Positions 1 through 11,261 of a DNA stretch of 64,000 nucleotides are shown piece after piece. The stretch lies in assembly GCF_018350175.1 (NCBI RefSeq), contig NC_058368.1, positions 121,460,001-121,524,000 of the forward strand. Reading direction: 5' to 3'. The position numbers and the translations under genes were made by a program. Below the pieces are notes generated by a model, which did not search any database, had not been told where the DNA came from, and saw nothing but the letters and a program-made list of their open reading frames with translations. Origin of the DNA: Felis catus. Taxonomy: Eukaryota. Every line of letters begins with the position of its first letter. Within the stretch, counting starts at the first letter, position 1.

Positions 1-460
1 CACACTGGGCTCTGTGCTGACAGCTCAGAGGCTGGAGCCTGCTTGGGATTCCGTGCCTCCCTCTCTCTCTTTACCCCTCCCTTGCTCATGCTCTGTCTCT
101 GTCTCTCAAAAATATATAAACATTAAAAAAAAAAAAACTTTTTTTAAAGGAGGAACAAGGTTACCTACTTCCCTCTCTCCAAATGGGTTTTAGACACGTC
201 GTGAAATTAACACACGTAACATTAAGTAGTGTGTAAAGTTAAAGATACCAGTTCCGGGCTCAACAGATAGCAAGAAAAGGCGCATCCTCACAACATCCAC
301 ACCTTTAACGTGGGGGTCAAGGCATTCCCTGTGTTTAGATAAGGATTTTTCCTTTCAGGACAACGGCTACCACATGGAGACCCCAGCTTCTGGCAAAAGC
401 AAACAGATGAGCCGGGTTACAGGGCTGGGCAGAGCGGACTCTCTTCCCGCCAGAACTCAC

Positions 461-466
461 CGCCAT
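461..466 (-). CDS. LARS1: Coding part of first exon (ATG GCG, Met-Ala) of probable cytosolic leucyl-tRNA synthetase; the gene runs off the left edge
   Basis: Minus strand reads tgccATGGCG|gtgagt: strong Kozak ATG at 466-464 followed by a consensus donor at 460-455, in a CpG-rich promoter. Identity rests on recalled mammalian synteny (LARS1 divergent from RBM27; protein starts MAERK). Only two codons are visible. Confidence 0.75.
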
Positions 467-599
467 GGCACCGCCCAACCAATTCTGCAACCCACGACAG
501 TGACCTCGGCGATCCTCTCAAAGCAGTGATCCCAACCTTTCCCTTCCGTCTGGGGGTAGCCAGGCCTCCCAATACACTGAAGCACACACTTTACACCTG

Positions 600-900
600 A
601 TGAGGCAATCGCCCGCTCACAGCTAACTACTGCCCTGTGCATCCCGTAGCCCGCCGGGAATTGTAGTTTCCAGACCACTAGAGCCCAAGTCTAGCAGTCA
701 CCTATTGACTACAACTCCCATAGAGCAACAGGCTACCGGAAATTGAACCTCTAGGTCACGCTGTGGTGACACCGGTAGTGATGTCAGGGGCATGTTGAAC
801 TACAAAGTCCATGAGGCTGTTCGAAGTCGCAGACTGCCGCGAACGCGCCTACGGTCCAGTTTCCTGGCCTTCAACCTTTTCACCCCGTGGCGCTGGGTTA
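600..900 (-). promoter_or_regulatory. TATA-less promoter with three ZNF143/THAP11-type ACTACA..TCCCA motifs and an ETS site
   Basis: GGGAATTGTAGTTT 656-669 (minus-strand AAACTACAATTCCC); GACTACAACTCCCATAGAGCA 707-727; degenerate AACTACAAAGTCCATGAGGC 798-817; CCGGAAAT 736-743; TGATGTCA 779-786; raised CpG density. Confidence 0.75.
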
Positions 901-1112
901 GGTGTCTTGTCAGGATGCCAGGTTGCAAGGTTTATTGGTCTTCAGTGATTGAAGTGCTAATTATGGCTTGCTATTGTGCACAGATATTTAGTGCTGTCTG
1001 TGGCATTCAACAGCCCAGAATTCAGACGTTTTATTGCCATTTATTAACAATCTCTATTTTTAAGCGTGAGGCCGGTAACCTACCGGGTTCCAATGCCAAG
1101 CGCATTATTTCA

Positions 1113-1803
1113 ACTGTACTACCATCTAAGGCTGCCACGTCATATGTGGCTATTTAAGTTTAAAATAAAATTCACAGGGCGCCTGGGTGGCGCAGTCGGT
1201 TAAGCGTCCGACTTCAGCCAGGTCACGATCTTATGGTCCGTGAGTTCGAGCCCCGCGTCAGGCTCTGGGCTGATGGCTCAGAGCCTGGAGCCTGTTTCCG
1301 ATTCTGTGTCTCCCTCTCTCTCTGCCCCTCCCCCGTTCATGCTCTGTCTCTCTCTGTCCCCCCAAAAAAATAAATAAACGTTGAAAAAAAATTTTTAAAT
1401 AAAATTCAGTAAAATTTAAAATGCACTTCTTCAGGGGCGCCTGGGTGGCTCAGGGTTAAGGTTCCCAGTTCAGGTCAGGTTCTGACTTCGGCTCAGGTCA
1501 TGATCTGGCCATTTGTGGGTTAGAGTCAGGTTGGAGCCCCGAGCCCCCAGGAACGAGGTCTGTGCTGACAGCTGAGAGCCTGGACTCTCTGCCCCTCACC
1601 CGCTCATGCTTGCTCCCTCTCTCTCAAAAATAAATAAACAGTAAAAAAAAAAAAAAAAAAAAAAAAGTTTAAAATTTAGTTCTTCAATTGCACTAGCCAC
1701 TTTTTGAGTGCTTGGTAGTCTGTGTGGCCAGTGGTTACCATATCATCTGACAGTGGAGATTTGGAGCATTTCCATCATAGGAAGAAAGATGTACTGAGAA
1801 GCA
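1113..1803 (-). mobile_element. MER3-like hAT DNA transposon relic interrupted by two CanSINEs
   Basis: ATATGTGGCTATTTAAGTTT, then GCACTAGCCACTTTTTGAGTGCT and CATTTCCATCAT, match the recalled reverse-complement MER3 consensus; split by SINEs at ~1177 and ~1434. Confidence 0.6.
1176..1408 (+). mobile_element. Young felid CanSINE (SINEC_Fc type)
   Basis: GGGCGCCTGGGTGGCGCAGTCGGTTAAGCGTCCGACTTCAGCCAGG head, B box GTTCGAGCCC, (CT)n, A tail, CpGs retained, TSD AAATAAAATTCA. Confidence 0.9.
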
Positions 1804-3059
1804 ACCATGCAAGACTTTTACTTTCTGGAGTCAGATTAAATACTCTTACATGCATTTATTTATTAATTCAGTAAATATTCATAAAGCATCTGCAAAGCAC
1901 TTTTGGGGTCAGAGGGGTGCCCAGCTAAATATTGTGTCTTCCTAAAAGACTAAGGGAAAGAAAAATTTTTTAAATAAGAAGTTTAATAAATTAATGAATT
2001 TAAAATTATATGTGTGTGTGCTTTTAAAATAAAGCACAACAACTACTTTTGAAATAAAAATTTAATGATGGCCTAACAATGCCTGGCACATGGTATGAAC
2101 TCAATAAAATCTGTTGGATGGACGAAAGTTAACCAGAAACCTTAGGCTAAGGAGAAACTACCAGGGCTCTCCTACCTCAGGGCTTTCCCATACAAATAGT
2201 CTCCATCAAATTCCATACCCTCTTACTTTAGCTACTAACAATTTAGACATTTACCTTCTGACAACCCAAGTCTGGGTTATATGTCCCCTCCTAAATGTTC
2301 CCTGAAGCACACTCTTCCTGTCTTCCCTTAGGAAAGTTCTCTCCTTGAATTTAATTGCCTATTTATTTATCACTAGACTGTAAGCTCTTTACAGCAGAGG
2401 CTGCCTAGCAGAATCTGGCACATAATAGATGACTTATAAATATTCATTGAATGAATAAAAGAATCCTTATCCTGAGTTCCTGGGTGGCTCAGTCTGTTAA
2501 GCGTCCAACTTCCACTCAGGTCATGATCGTGCGGTTCATGGGTTCCAGCCCCACCCCGTCGGGCTCTGTGCTGACAGCTCAGAGGCTAGAACCTGCTTCA
2601 GATTCTGTGTCTCCCTCTCTCGCTGCCCCTCCCCCACTCACACTCTGTCTCTGTCTCAAAAATAAATAAACGTCCAAAAAGAATTTTAATTAAAACGAAA
2701 AAAGAATCCTAATCCTCCACAGCTCCCATAACTATGGTTATAGTCTCCTGTTCCAATTCCAGTTCTGTCCTTATCAGTACTATTTGTCATCTTTGATTCA
2801 TCAGCTTCCAATTCACATTGGTAACTGAAAATATTCATACAATACATATTCATTGGTTACCTCCTGTGAACCTGACATAGAGCTAGGATATAGCAGGGAA
2901 CAAGACAGAGAAGAAGAGAGTAAACAAGTTGTTATGTGATTACAACTTATGAGAATTATGGAAAACCTATCCCCTAATTAAATGCTCCCATCCCTTATCC
3001 CCTATTAGCCTGTTTCCTCTTTAAGTGACTAATATATTTTTTAAAGGGTCATTTAGATT

Positions 3060-3440
3060 CCATTCATTTAACAAAAATTTATTTAGCTTTTACTATGTAT
3101 AAGGCACTATGCTAGATGCTGGAGATAACAACACTTGGACAAGACAGGAGCAGTCGCCTCCACCACAGAGCTTGCAGTCCAGTGGAAGAGGAAAACATTG
3201 AAACAAGTGGAGATATGGGAGCCCATGGAAGGGTTTTAAGTGAGGACCTGGAACACGGTCCTATTTATGTATTGTAAGATCATTCTGAAGAAGGGTTGGA
3301 AGAAAGCTAAGGTAAAAGCAGGAGGCTACTGCGATTGTCCAGGTAAGAGGTGAGGATGGTTTGGACTATGGCAGTGGCAGTCAAGGGAGAGAAAGAGAAA
3401 CAGATTCAAGAGATATTAGGAGAATGAAATTTGTTACACC
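3060..3440. mobile_element. L2 3' fragment
   Basis: CATTCATTTAACAAAAATTTATTTAGC..GGCACTATGCTAG..ACAAGACAG is the typical L2 tail pattern. Confidence 0.55.
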
Positions 3441-3524
3441 GTAGTAATATCACTTTTAATTGAGAATTGTCGATTCTTTGCTATGCCATATGGAATACCC
3501 TTTCTAGACAGATGAAATTGGAAA

Positions 3525-3785
3525 GGTAGCATAGTGGATAAGAGCTCAGGCTCTGAATCAGACTGACCAAATTCATCACTTACCAGCTGGGTGACCTCAG
3601 GCAATTCAATTAACCACTTTGTGGTTATAAAAGGGTCATAAAAGTAAGTACCTCATAGGATTGCTATGAGGATTAAAGAAATAATATGTATACATATAAT
3701 AATACACGTATAAACCACATGTACATATTTATGTATATGCCTGGCAAAGGGTAAGAACTTTAAGATGTCAGCTATTTTTATTATT
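3525..3785 (+). mobile_element. MIR SINE
   Basis: GCATAGTGGATAAGAGC..CACTTACCAGCTGGGTGACCTCAGGCAA..TACCTCATAGGATTGCTATGAGGATTAAA MIR core. Confidence 0.65.
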
Positions 3786-4454
3786 ATTTTAGGAAAATTG
3801 GTCTATAAGCATTAGTCTGATTAAAATAGAAAAGCTACCTGTGCCCCATTTTAATTTCTTCCCTAACGTCACTGAGCTACTTATCACCATATAATTTTGT
3901 GCTATACCTTCTCCGACTGTCGGACCATACTGGTCATTCTTTAAAACTCCACAACAGAACTCATTTCCTGTGTTTTTTTCCCCCCTAAACTCACGCCATC
4001 AGTCACTCTGCTAAACTCAACTGAATCACCACTTCTCAATTTAGATCCATAAAGCTATAATTAGCCTTGGCTTGTCTCTGAGTCCCTTTGTATTTGTTTT
4101 TCATGCATATTTACCCTATCTTGAGATGGCAGAGTCAGAGGAAGGAATTAAGGGCACTTTTTTTTAAAGTTTATTTATTTTTGAGAGAGAGAGAGAGAGA
4201 GAGTGAACAGGGAACGGGCAGAGAGAGAGGGAGAGAGAGAATCCCAAGCAGGTTCCATGTTGCCAGGCCATTTGTCTAAACATCAAAGTGTCCAAAATCA
4301 AGAGCCCAACCGACGGAGCAATCCAAGGCACCCCAGGGCACTTCTTTTGATACTTCTGTTTCACGGGCATGCAGCTCTCAAAGAACATGGTTGTCAGTTC
4401 TCTACCCTATTAAACATCTTTTGTACTTAAATTGGCTTTTTCCTACATAAATGT

Positions 4455-4915
4455 TCTTTTTTCTTTTCCTTTTTTTTTAATGTTTATTGATTTATTTTTT
4501 TTAATTTTTTTTAACGTTTTATTTATTTTTGAGACAGGGAGAGACAAAGCATGAACAGGGGAGGGTCAGAGAGAGGGAGACACAGAATCCGAAACAGACT
4601 CCGGGCTCTGAGCTGTCAGCACAGAGCCCAACGCGGGGCTCAAACTCACGGACCGCGAGATCATGACATGAGCCGAAGTCAGCCGCTTAACCAATTGAGC
4701 CACCCAGGCGCCCCAATGTTTATTTATTTTTGAGAGAGAGACAGAGCATGAGCAGGGGAGAGGCAGAGAGAGAGGGAGACATAGAATCTGAAGCAGGTTC
4801 TAGGCTCTGAGCTGTCAGCACAGAGCCTGATGCAGGACTTGAACCCACAAACCATGAGATCAGGTCCACCTGGGCCTTGTCGGACACTTAAGCAACTGAG
4901 CCACTCAGGCGCCCC
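4455..4915 (-). mobile_element. Nested CanSINEs: a younger copy (~4490-4714) inserted in the tail of an older copy (~4715-4915)
   Basis: Two antisense SINE bodies; AATGTTTATT..TTTATTTTT occurs on both sides of the inner copy. Confidence 0.75.
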
Positions 4916-5403
4916 TCCAACATTAATGTTGTATCTTTACTTTCATGGTTTCTGAATGGTGAACAGTTTTGTTTGTTTGCTTGTAATGATGCAAGCAATG
5001 AGTATAAAGAGAGAAAGGAAGACTCCTTCTAGGACTTATGGGCTTAGTCGATCCTGGGATTGCTCTGTGTGCAGTCTTTGACATTGAATGGGCAGGAAAG
5101 GAAGAGTGTGTGTGGTGGTTGTGCTTAAAGGCTTTGAAGTACGGTGCCTGGGTCTAAATTGAGACTGTCCCATGCTAGCTCTGTTCCTTCAACCTTGGGA
5201 TTCTAGATCGCCGTATGTAAAATGTGGACTGGGATCACCTACTTGTTGAGCTTGCTGTGAGAATAAAATGAGCTACACCAAGCAAGGTGATTAGCCCAAT
5301 ACCTGGTTCATACTAAGTGAATGTCAAGAAATATTAAGCTAAACGGAAGGAAGGAAGGGAAGAAGGAAGGAAGGAAGAGAATACTGGAAGCCAGTTTGAT
5401 CAA

Positions 5404-5764
5404 TGTCATGGTCTGAATGTTTGTTTCCCCCCTAAAATTCATAGGTTGAAATCCCAATGCCCAATCTGATGGTATTAAGAGGTGGGGCTTTTGGGGAGTG
5501 CTTAGGTTAGCAGGATGGAGCCCTTTTGAATGAGATTAGTGTTTTCATAAAAGAGAACCCAAATGAAACAAAACAAAAAAGAGAAACCCTTCCTCCTTGT
5601 AAGTAAACAAAGAGAAATGTGGGACCCAGAAGAGGGCCCTTACCCAGCCATGCTGGCACCCCGATCTCCTACTTCTAGTCTCCAAAACTATGAGAAATAA
5701 ACTTGTTGTTTATAGGCCACCCAATCTGTGGTATTTTGCTAGAGCAGCTCAAATGGACTAAGAT
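5404..5764 (+). mobile_element. MaLR solo LTR (MLT1A-like)
   Basis: TGTCATGGTCTGAATGTTTGTTTCCCCCCTAAAATTCATAGGTTGAAA start, AATAAA near 5696, GGACTAAGATA end. Confidence 0.75.
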
Positions 5765-5952
5765 AGTCATTTAATAAATGGAAATTCTAAATCAGACTGA
5801 CATGAGCTAGGGACAAGTAGCCATGTTAATTAGGGACACGTTGATGTTTAGACAAATGTAACCAAATCAGAGAAGTTGCACTTCTCGGACACTAAAATTG
5901 TGAGAAACTTTCTGTTTCTCAACAGAAGCTTTCTGTTAAAATTTCTGTTGCC

Positions 5953-7441
5953 TAGATTTTTTTCTTTTCTTTTTTTTTTAATATGAAATTTATTGTCAAA
6001 TTGGTTTCCAAACAACACCCAGTGCTCATACCTGTTGGTACCTCAATACCCATCACCCACCCCCCCATCAACCCTCAGTTTGTTCTCAGTTTTTAAGAGC
6101 CTCTTATGTTTTGGCTCCTTGCCTCTCTAACCTTTTTTTTTTCCTTCCCCTCCCCCATAGTCTTCTGTTAAGTTTCTCAGGATCCACATAAGAGTGAAAA
6201 TATATGGTACCTGTCTTTCTCTGTATGACTTATTTCACTTAGCATAACACTCTCCAGTTCCATCCACATTGCTACAAAAGGCCATATTTCATTCTTTCTC
6301 ATTGCCACGTAGTATTCCATTGTGTATATAAACCACAATTTCTTTATCCATTCATCAGTTGATGGGCATTTAGGCTCTTTCCATAATTTGGCTATTGTTG
6401 AGAGTGCTGCTATAAACATTGGGGTACAAGTGCCCCTATGCATCAGTACTCCTGTATCCCTTGGGTAAGTTCCTAGCAGTGCTATTTTCTGGGTCATAGG
6501 GTAGATCTAGCAAAAGTAATTTTGAAGAAGAAGACCAAAGCAGGAGGCATCACAATCCCAGACTTGAGCCTCTACTACAAAGCTGTAATCATCAAGACAG
6601 CATGGTATTGGCACAAAACAGACACATAGACCTATGGAATAGAATAGAAACTCCAGAATTAGACCCACAAAAGTATGGTCAACTAATATTTGACAAAGCA
6701 GGAAAGAATATCCAATGGAAAAAAGACAGTGTCTTTAACAAATGGTTCTGGGAGAACTGGACAGCAACATGCAGAAGGATGAAACTAGACCACTTTCTTA
6801 CACCATTCACAAAAATAAACTCAAAATGGATAAAGGACCTGAATGTGAGACAGGAAACCATCAAAATCCTAGAGGAGAAAGCAAGAAAAAACCTCTCTGA
6901 CCTCAGCTGCAGCAATTTCTTACTTGAGACATCCCCAAAGGCAAGGGATTAAAAGCAAAAATGAACTATTGGGACCCCATGAAGATAAAAACCTTCTGCA
7001 CTGCCAAGGAAACAATCAACAAAACTAAAAGGCAACCAACGGAATGGGAAAAGATATTTGCAAATGACATATCGGACAAAGGGCTAGTATCCAAAATCTA
7101 CAAAGAGCTCACCAAACTCCACACCCAAAAAACAAATAATCCACTGAAGAAATGGGCAGAAAACATGAATAGACACTTCTCTCAAGAAGACATACAGATG
7201 GCCAACAGGGACATGAAAAGATGCTCAACGTCACTCCTCATCAAGGAAATACAAATCAAAACCACACTCAGATACCACCTCACGCCAGTCAGAGTGGCTA
7301 AAATGAACAAATCAGGAGACTATAGATGCTGGTGAGGATATGGAGAAATGGGAACCCTCTTGCACTGTTGGTGGGAATGCAAACTGGTGCAGCCGCTGTG
7401 GAAAACAGTGTGGAGTTTCCTCAAAAAATTAGATTTCTTTT
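5953..7441 (-). mobile_element. 5'-truncated, 5'-inverted L1 (ORF2 C-terminal part plus 3' UTR)
   Basis: ~5970-6509 is the antisense L1 3' end (poly-T; ORF ..TCTPMFIAAL..WIKKLWFIYTMEYY). 6508-7431 is sense ORF2 (..[16 protein letters not shown]) with stops. Imperfect TSD TAGATTT(TTTT)CTTTT at 5953-5968 and 7430-7441. Confidence 0.9.
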
Positions 7442-8182
7442 CAAGCAGTGATACTTGTGATTTTCAGGAATTAGTTCACTCATGCTACACCACTCCAGAC
7501 TTAGGACCCACAAGCTTCAGCCTGCTATCTTGTCAACATTCCACAGAGCATTGCTAACCATGTCACAGGCTCATATGGGAAACGTGACACTTGAGTCATC
7601 AAAACACTGCTTGTAGTTCCTAAATAGCCTACTTATCCATGTTATCACCACCATTACCATCACCGTCGTGAAGCAGTCCTAGGGTTACTTAAGGAACTGA
7701 AGGAAGGAAAGAAGGAAGGGAGGGAGGGAAGGAGGGAGGGAGGGAGGGAGGAGGAAAAGAAGAAAGAAAGGGAGGAGAAAAAGCAAAGAAAGAGCTAAAG
7801 ACAAGTAATTACATATTACTGAGATTCCAGTGTTAAGGACTATATTTTTAAAATTTATTTTGTGTATTTACAATGTTTAAGATCCCTATTTTTACACTAT
7901 CAATGAAATTAGACTGCTGTAAACTATATAAATTAATGGCACAATCATAGTCCTACTCTTCTTTTTCTTTTTTGATTTTTTTAAGGTTTATTTTTGAGAG
8001 AGAGAGGGAAAGAGCATGAGTGGGGGAGGGGCAGAGAGAGGAAGACACAGAATCTGAAGCAGGTTCCAGGCTCTTGGCTGTCAGCACAGAGCTGGACGTG
8101 GGGCTTGAACTCACGAACCGTGAGATCATGACCTGAGCTAAAGTTGGATGCCCAACAGACTAAGCTACCCAGGTTCTCACTT

Positions 8183-8340
8183 CCTTTTCTTTTCTTTTCT
8201 TTTCTTTTCTTTTCTTTTCTTTTCTTTTCTTTTCTTTTCTTTTCTCTTCTCTTCTCTTCTCTTTTCTTCTTCTTCTTCTTCTTCTTCTTCTTCTTCTTCT
8301 TCTTCTTCTTCTTCTTCTCCTTCCCTTCTTCTTCTTTTTT
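8183..8340. repeat. Compound pyrimidine microsatellite (CTTTT)n(CTCTT)n(CTT)n
   Basis: Directly visible; next to a minus-strand SINE. Confidence 0.95.
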
Positions 8341-8953
8341 CTAAAACATTGGTCAGGCTCTCAACATCTTGGTAGCCAGAAGGCAGTATCTCTCCTTATA
8401 TGCTCTTCCATATAGTGTCTGAGAATGTGAGCTCTAGTGTTAGCCTGGCTTTGAATCATGAATCATGGACACCCCCCCCCCCATTTCCTCTATTCCAAAT
8501 TTGTTGTGTTCCAAATCACTTGGCTTGTCTGAGCCAGGAACTTGGTGATAATAGTACTCAGGTAGTAATATTGTTTTGATGTTGTAGTAGTCATTTATTA
8601 GTATTTACAGAGCATCTATTACCTGTCAGGTTTTGTTTTCAGTGCCAAGGAACAAAGAGGACAAAATCTTTGACTTCATGAAAAATTATATTCTAGTTAG
8701 GACAAGGTAGAAAAAACGAATAAATAAAAAAATGTCAGACTGTGAAAAATGCTATGAAGCAGATAAAACAGAATTATATGCTAGAAAATAACTAGAGGAG
8801 GGAAGTAAGGTGTTAATTTAGATGGGATGGTCAGGGGAGGCCTTCCTAAGGAGGGGCTATTTGAGCTGACAAGAAAAGGTCAGTGATACAAATATGAATG
8901 GAAAAGATTTCTGGGCAAAAGGACCAGAAAAGCCCTGAGGTGAGAAGGAGCTT

Positions 8954-9610
8954 GAAATGGTTGAGAAACCTAGGGCGCCTGGGTGGTTCAGTCAGTTAAG
9001 CGTCCAACTTCGGCTTGGTTATGATCTCACAGTTCCTGTGTTCGAGCCCCATGTTGGGCTCTGTGCTAACAGCTCAGAGCCTGGAGCCTGCTTCAGATTC
9101 TGTGTCTCCCTGTCTCTCTGTCCCCCCTCCCCCGCCCCACTTGCTCTCTGCTTCTGTCTCTGTCTCTGTCTCTGTCTCTCTCAAAAATAAACATTTAAAA
9201 AAAAAAGAAGAGTGAAATACAGCCTTTTGTAGCAACGTGGATGGAACTGGAGAGTGTGATGCTAAGTGAAATAAGCCATACAGAGAAAGACAGATACCAT
9301 ATGGTTTCACTCTTATGTGGATCCTGAGAAACTTAACAGAAACCCATGGGGGAGGGGAAGGAAAAAAAAAAAAAGAGGTTAGAATGAGAGAGAGCCAAAG
9401 CATAAGAGACTGTTAAAAACTGAGAACAAACTGAGGGTTGATGGGGGTGGGAGGGAGGGGAGGGTGGGTAATGGGTATTGAGGAGGGCACCTTTTGGGAT
9501 GAGCACTGGGTGTTGTATGGAAACCAATTTGACAATAAATTTCATATATTAAAATAAATAAATAAAATAAAATAAAATAAAATAAAAAAGAAAGAAATGG
9601 TTGAGAAGCC
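8954..9610 (+). mobile_element. CanSINE joined directly to an L1 3' end, both inside one 17-bp TSD
   Basis: SINE ~8973-9206, L1 ORF2 end/3' UTR ~9207-9590; GAAATGGTTGAGAAACC 8954-8970 and GAAATGGTTGAGAAGCC 9594-9610. Confidence 0.85.
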
Positions 9611-11261
9611 AAAGATGCTTTGTCCTCACTCCTCTCTTCTCAAACAGTCAGCATGCCCCCCCCCCCATATTCTTCTGAATTGAATTCTGAGTTCTTCTTA
9701 ATTCACTAAAAACATGGAAGCAATCAGTAAAGAACATCCGTGAGTTACATTTACTACATCTACCACCATACCTCTATCAACATGTGCTTTTTTCTCCATG
9801 TAGCACAATCAGAGCTCCTATTAAGACCTACACAGGGCACCTGGGTTGCTCAGATGGTTGAGTGTCCAACTTGGGCTCAGGTCATTATCTCATGGTTCGT
9901 GGGTTCGAGCCCTGCATTGAGTTCTGTGCTGACAGCTCAGAGCCTGGGACCTGCTTCAGATTCTGTGTCTCCTTGTCTCTGCCCCTACCCTGCTCAAGTT
10001 TTCTCTCTCTCTAAATAAACATTAAAAAAAAAAAAAAGACCTATACAATGGGGGCGCCTGGGTGGCTCAGTCAGGTTAACTGTCCAACTCTTGACTTTGA
10101 CTCAAGTCATGACCTCACAGTTTCGTGAGTTCCAGCCCCACTTCTGGCTCTGCACTGACAGTGCGAACCCTGTTTTGGATTCTCTCTCTCCCTCTCTTTC
10201 TGTTTCTCCCCTGATAGTGCTCTCTCTCTCTTTCTCTCAAAATAAATAAATAAGCTGAATTAAAAAAAAGACCTACACAATATTTGTACACTAAATCCCA
10301 TTTTTTTTCCTAAGAGATTTTTTTGTTACAGTTGTTCACCTCACCTCTCACATCCTCAGATTTTCTTTCTCCATTACATCATGCTCCTCTGAATTCATAC
10401 ATACCATCTCACCTAATGCAAAGCAGACAAACAAGAGAAAGAAAAACAGAACACCGTGCAAGCTGACTCTGTTTTCTCTATTCCACAATGCCTTCCAGTA
10501 CCTTCATTGCTCTACTCCCCTTTAGAGTAAAAGTCTCAAGAGAACTGTCTTCCTGTCTCTAATTCCTCTCCTGAACCTGCTCCAGTCAGGTGTTTATTCT
10601 CTCCCCTCCATGGAACCGTGTAGGTCATCAGTGATTTCCGCGCTGCCAAATTCAGTGGTCAATTCTGTATCCTCATCTTACTTGACCCAAGAACTATACA
10701 TATGACACAGTTGAAAACTCCATCTTTCCTGAGACAAATTTCTTCTTTGTTTTGCTGCCTCACGGCGATGCCTTCTCTGTTTATTTTACTGAATAACTCA
10801 CTTTCCTTCTAAATAGGGGAACGCCCTAGTGGCCTTTCGAGATATAGTTACTTCTTAGAAGATCTTATCCAGGCCCATGGTTTTATTTTTATTTTATTTT
10901 TTCTAGCAAAGCTCTTTTAAACTTTTTTTTTTTAATTTTAGAGAGAAAGAGTGACAGAGAGTGAGAGTGTGCACATGAGCTGGGAGAGAGGCAGAGAGAG
11001 AATCTTTTTTTTTTTAAGTGTATTTATTTTGAGAGAGAGAGATACAGAGGGAGAGGGAGGGAGGGAGGGAGGGAGAGAAAGCACAAGCTGAGGAGAGACA
11101 GAGAGAGAGGGAGAGAGAGAGAATCCCAAGCAGGCTATGCACTGTCAGCACAGAGCCCAACGTGGGGCTTGAATCTACGAACCGTGAGATCCTGACTTGA
11201 GCCAAAGTCAAGACTCGGTCACTTAACTGACTAAGTCACTCAGCCACCCTTAAAAGCAACT

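Noticed and set aside
1176..1260. tRNA gene
   Set aside because: A/B boxes belong to the tRNA-derived CanSINE head, followed by (CT)n and an A tail.
6602..7335. Functional L1 ORF2
   Set aside because: Truncated, inverted, interrupted by stops, and lacking the EN and RT core.
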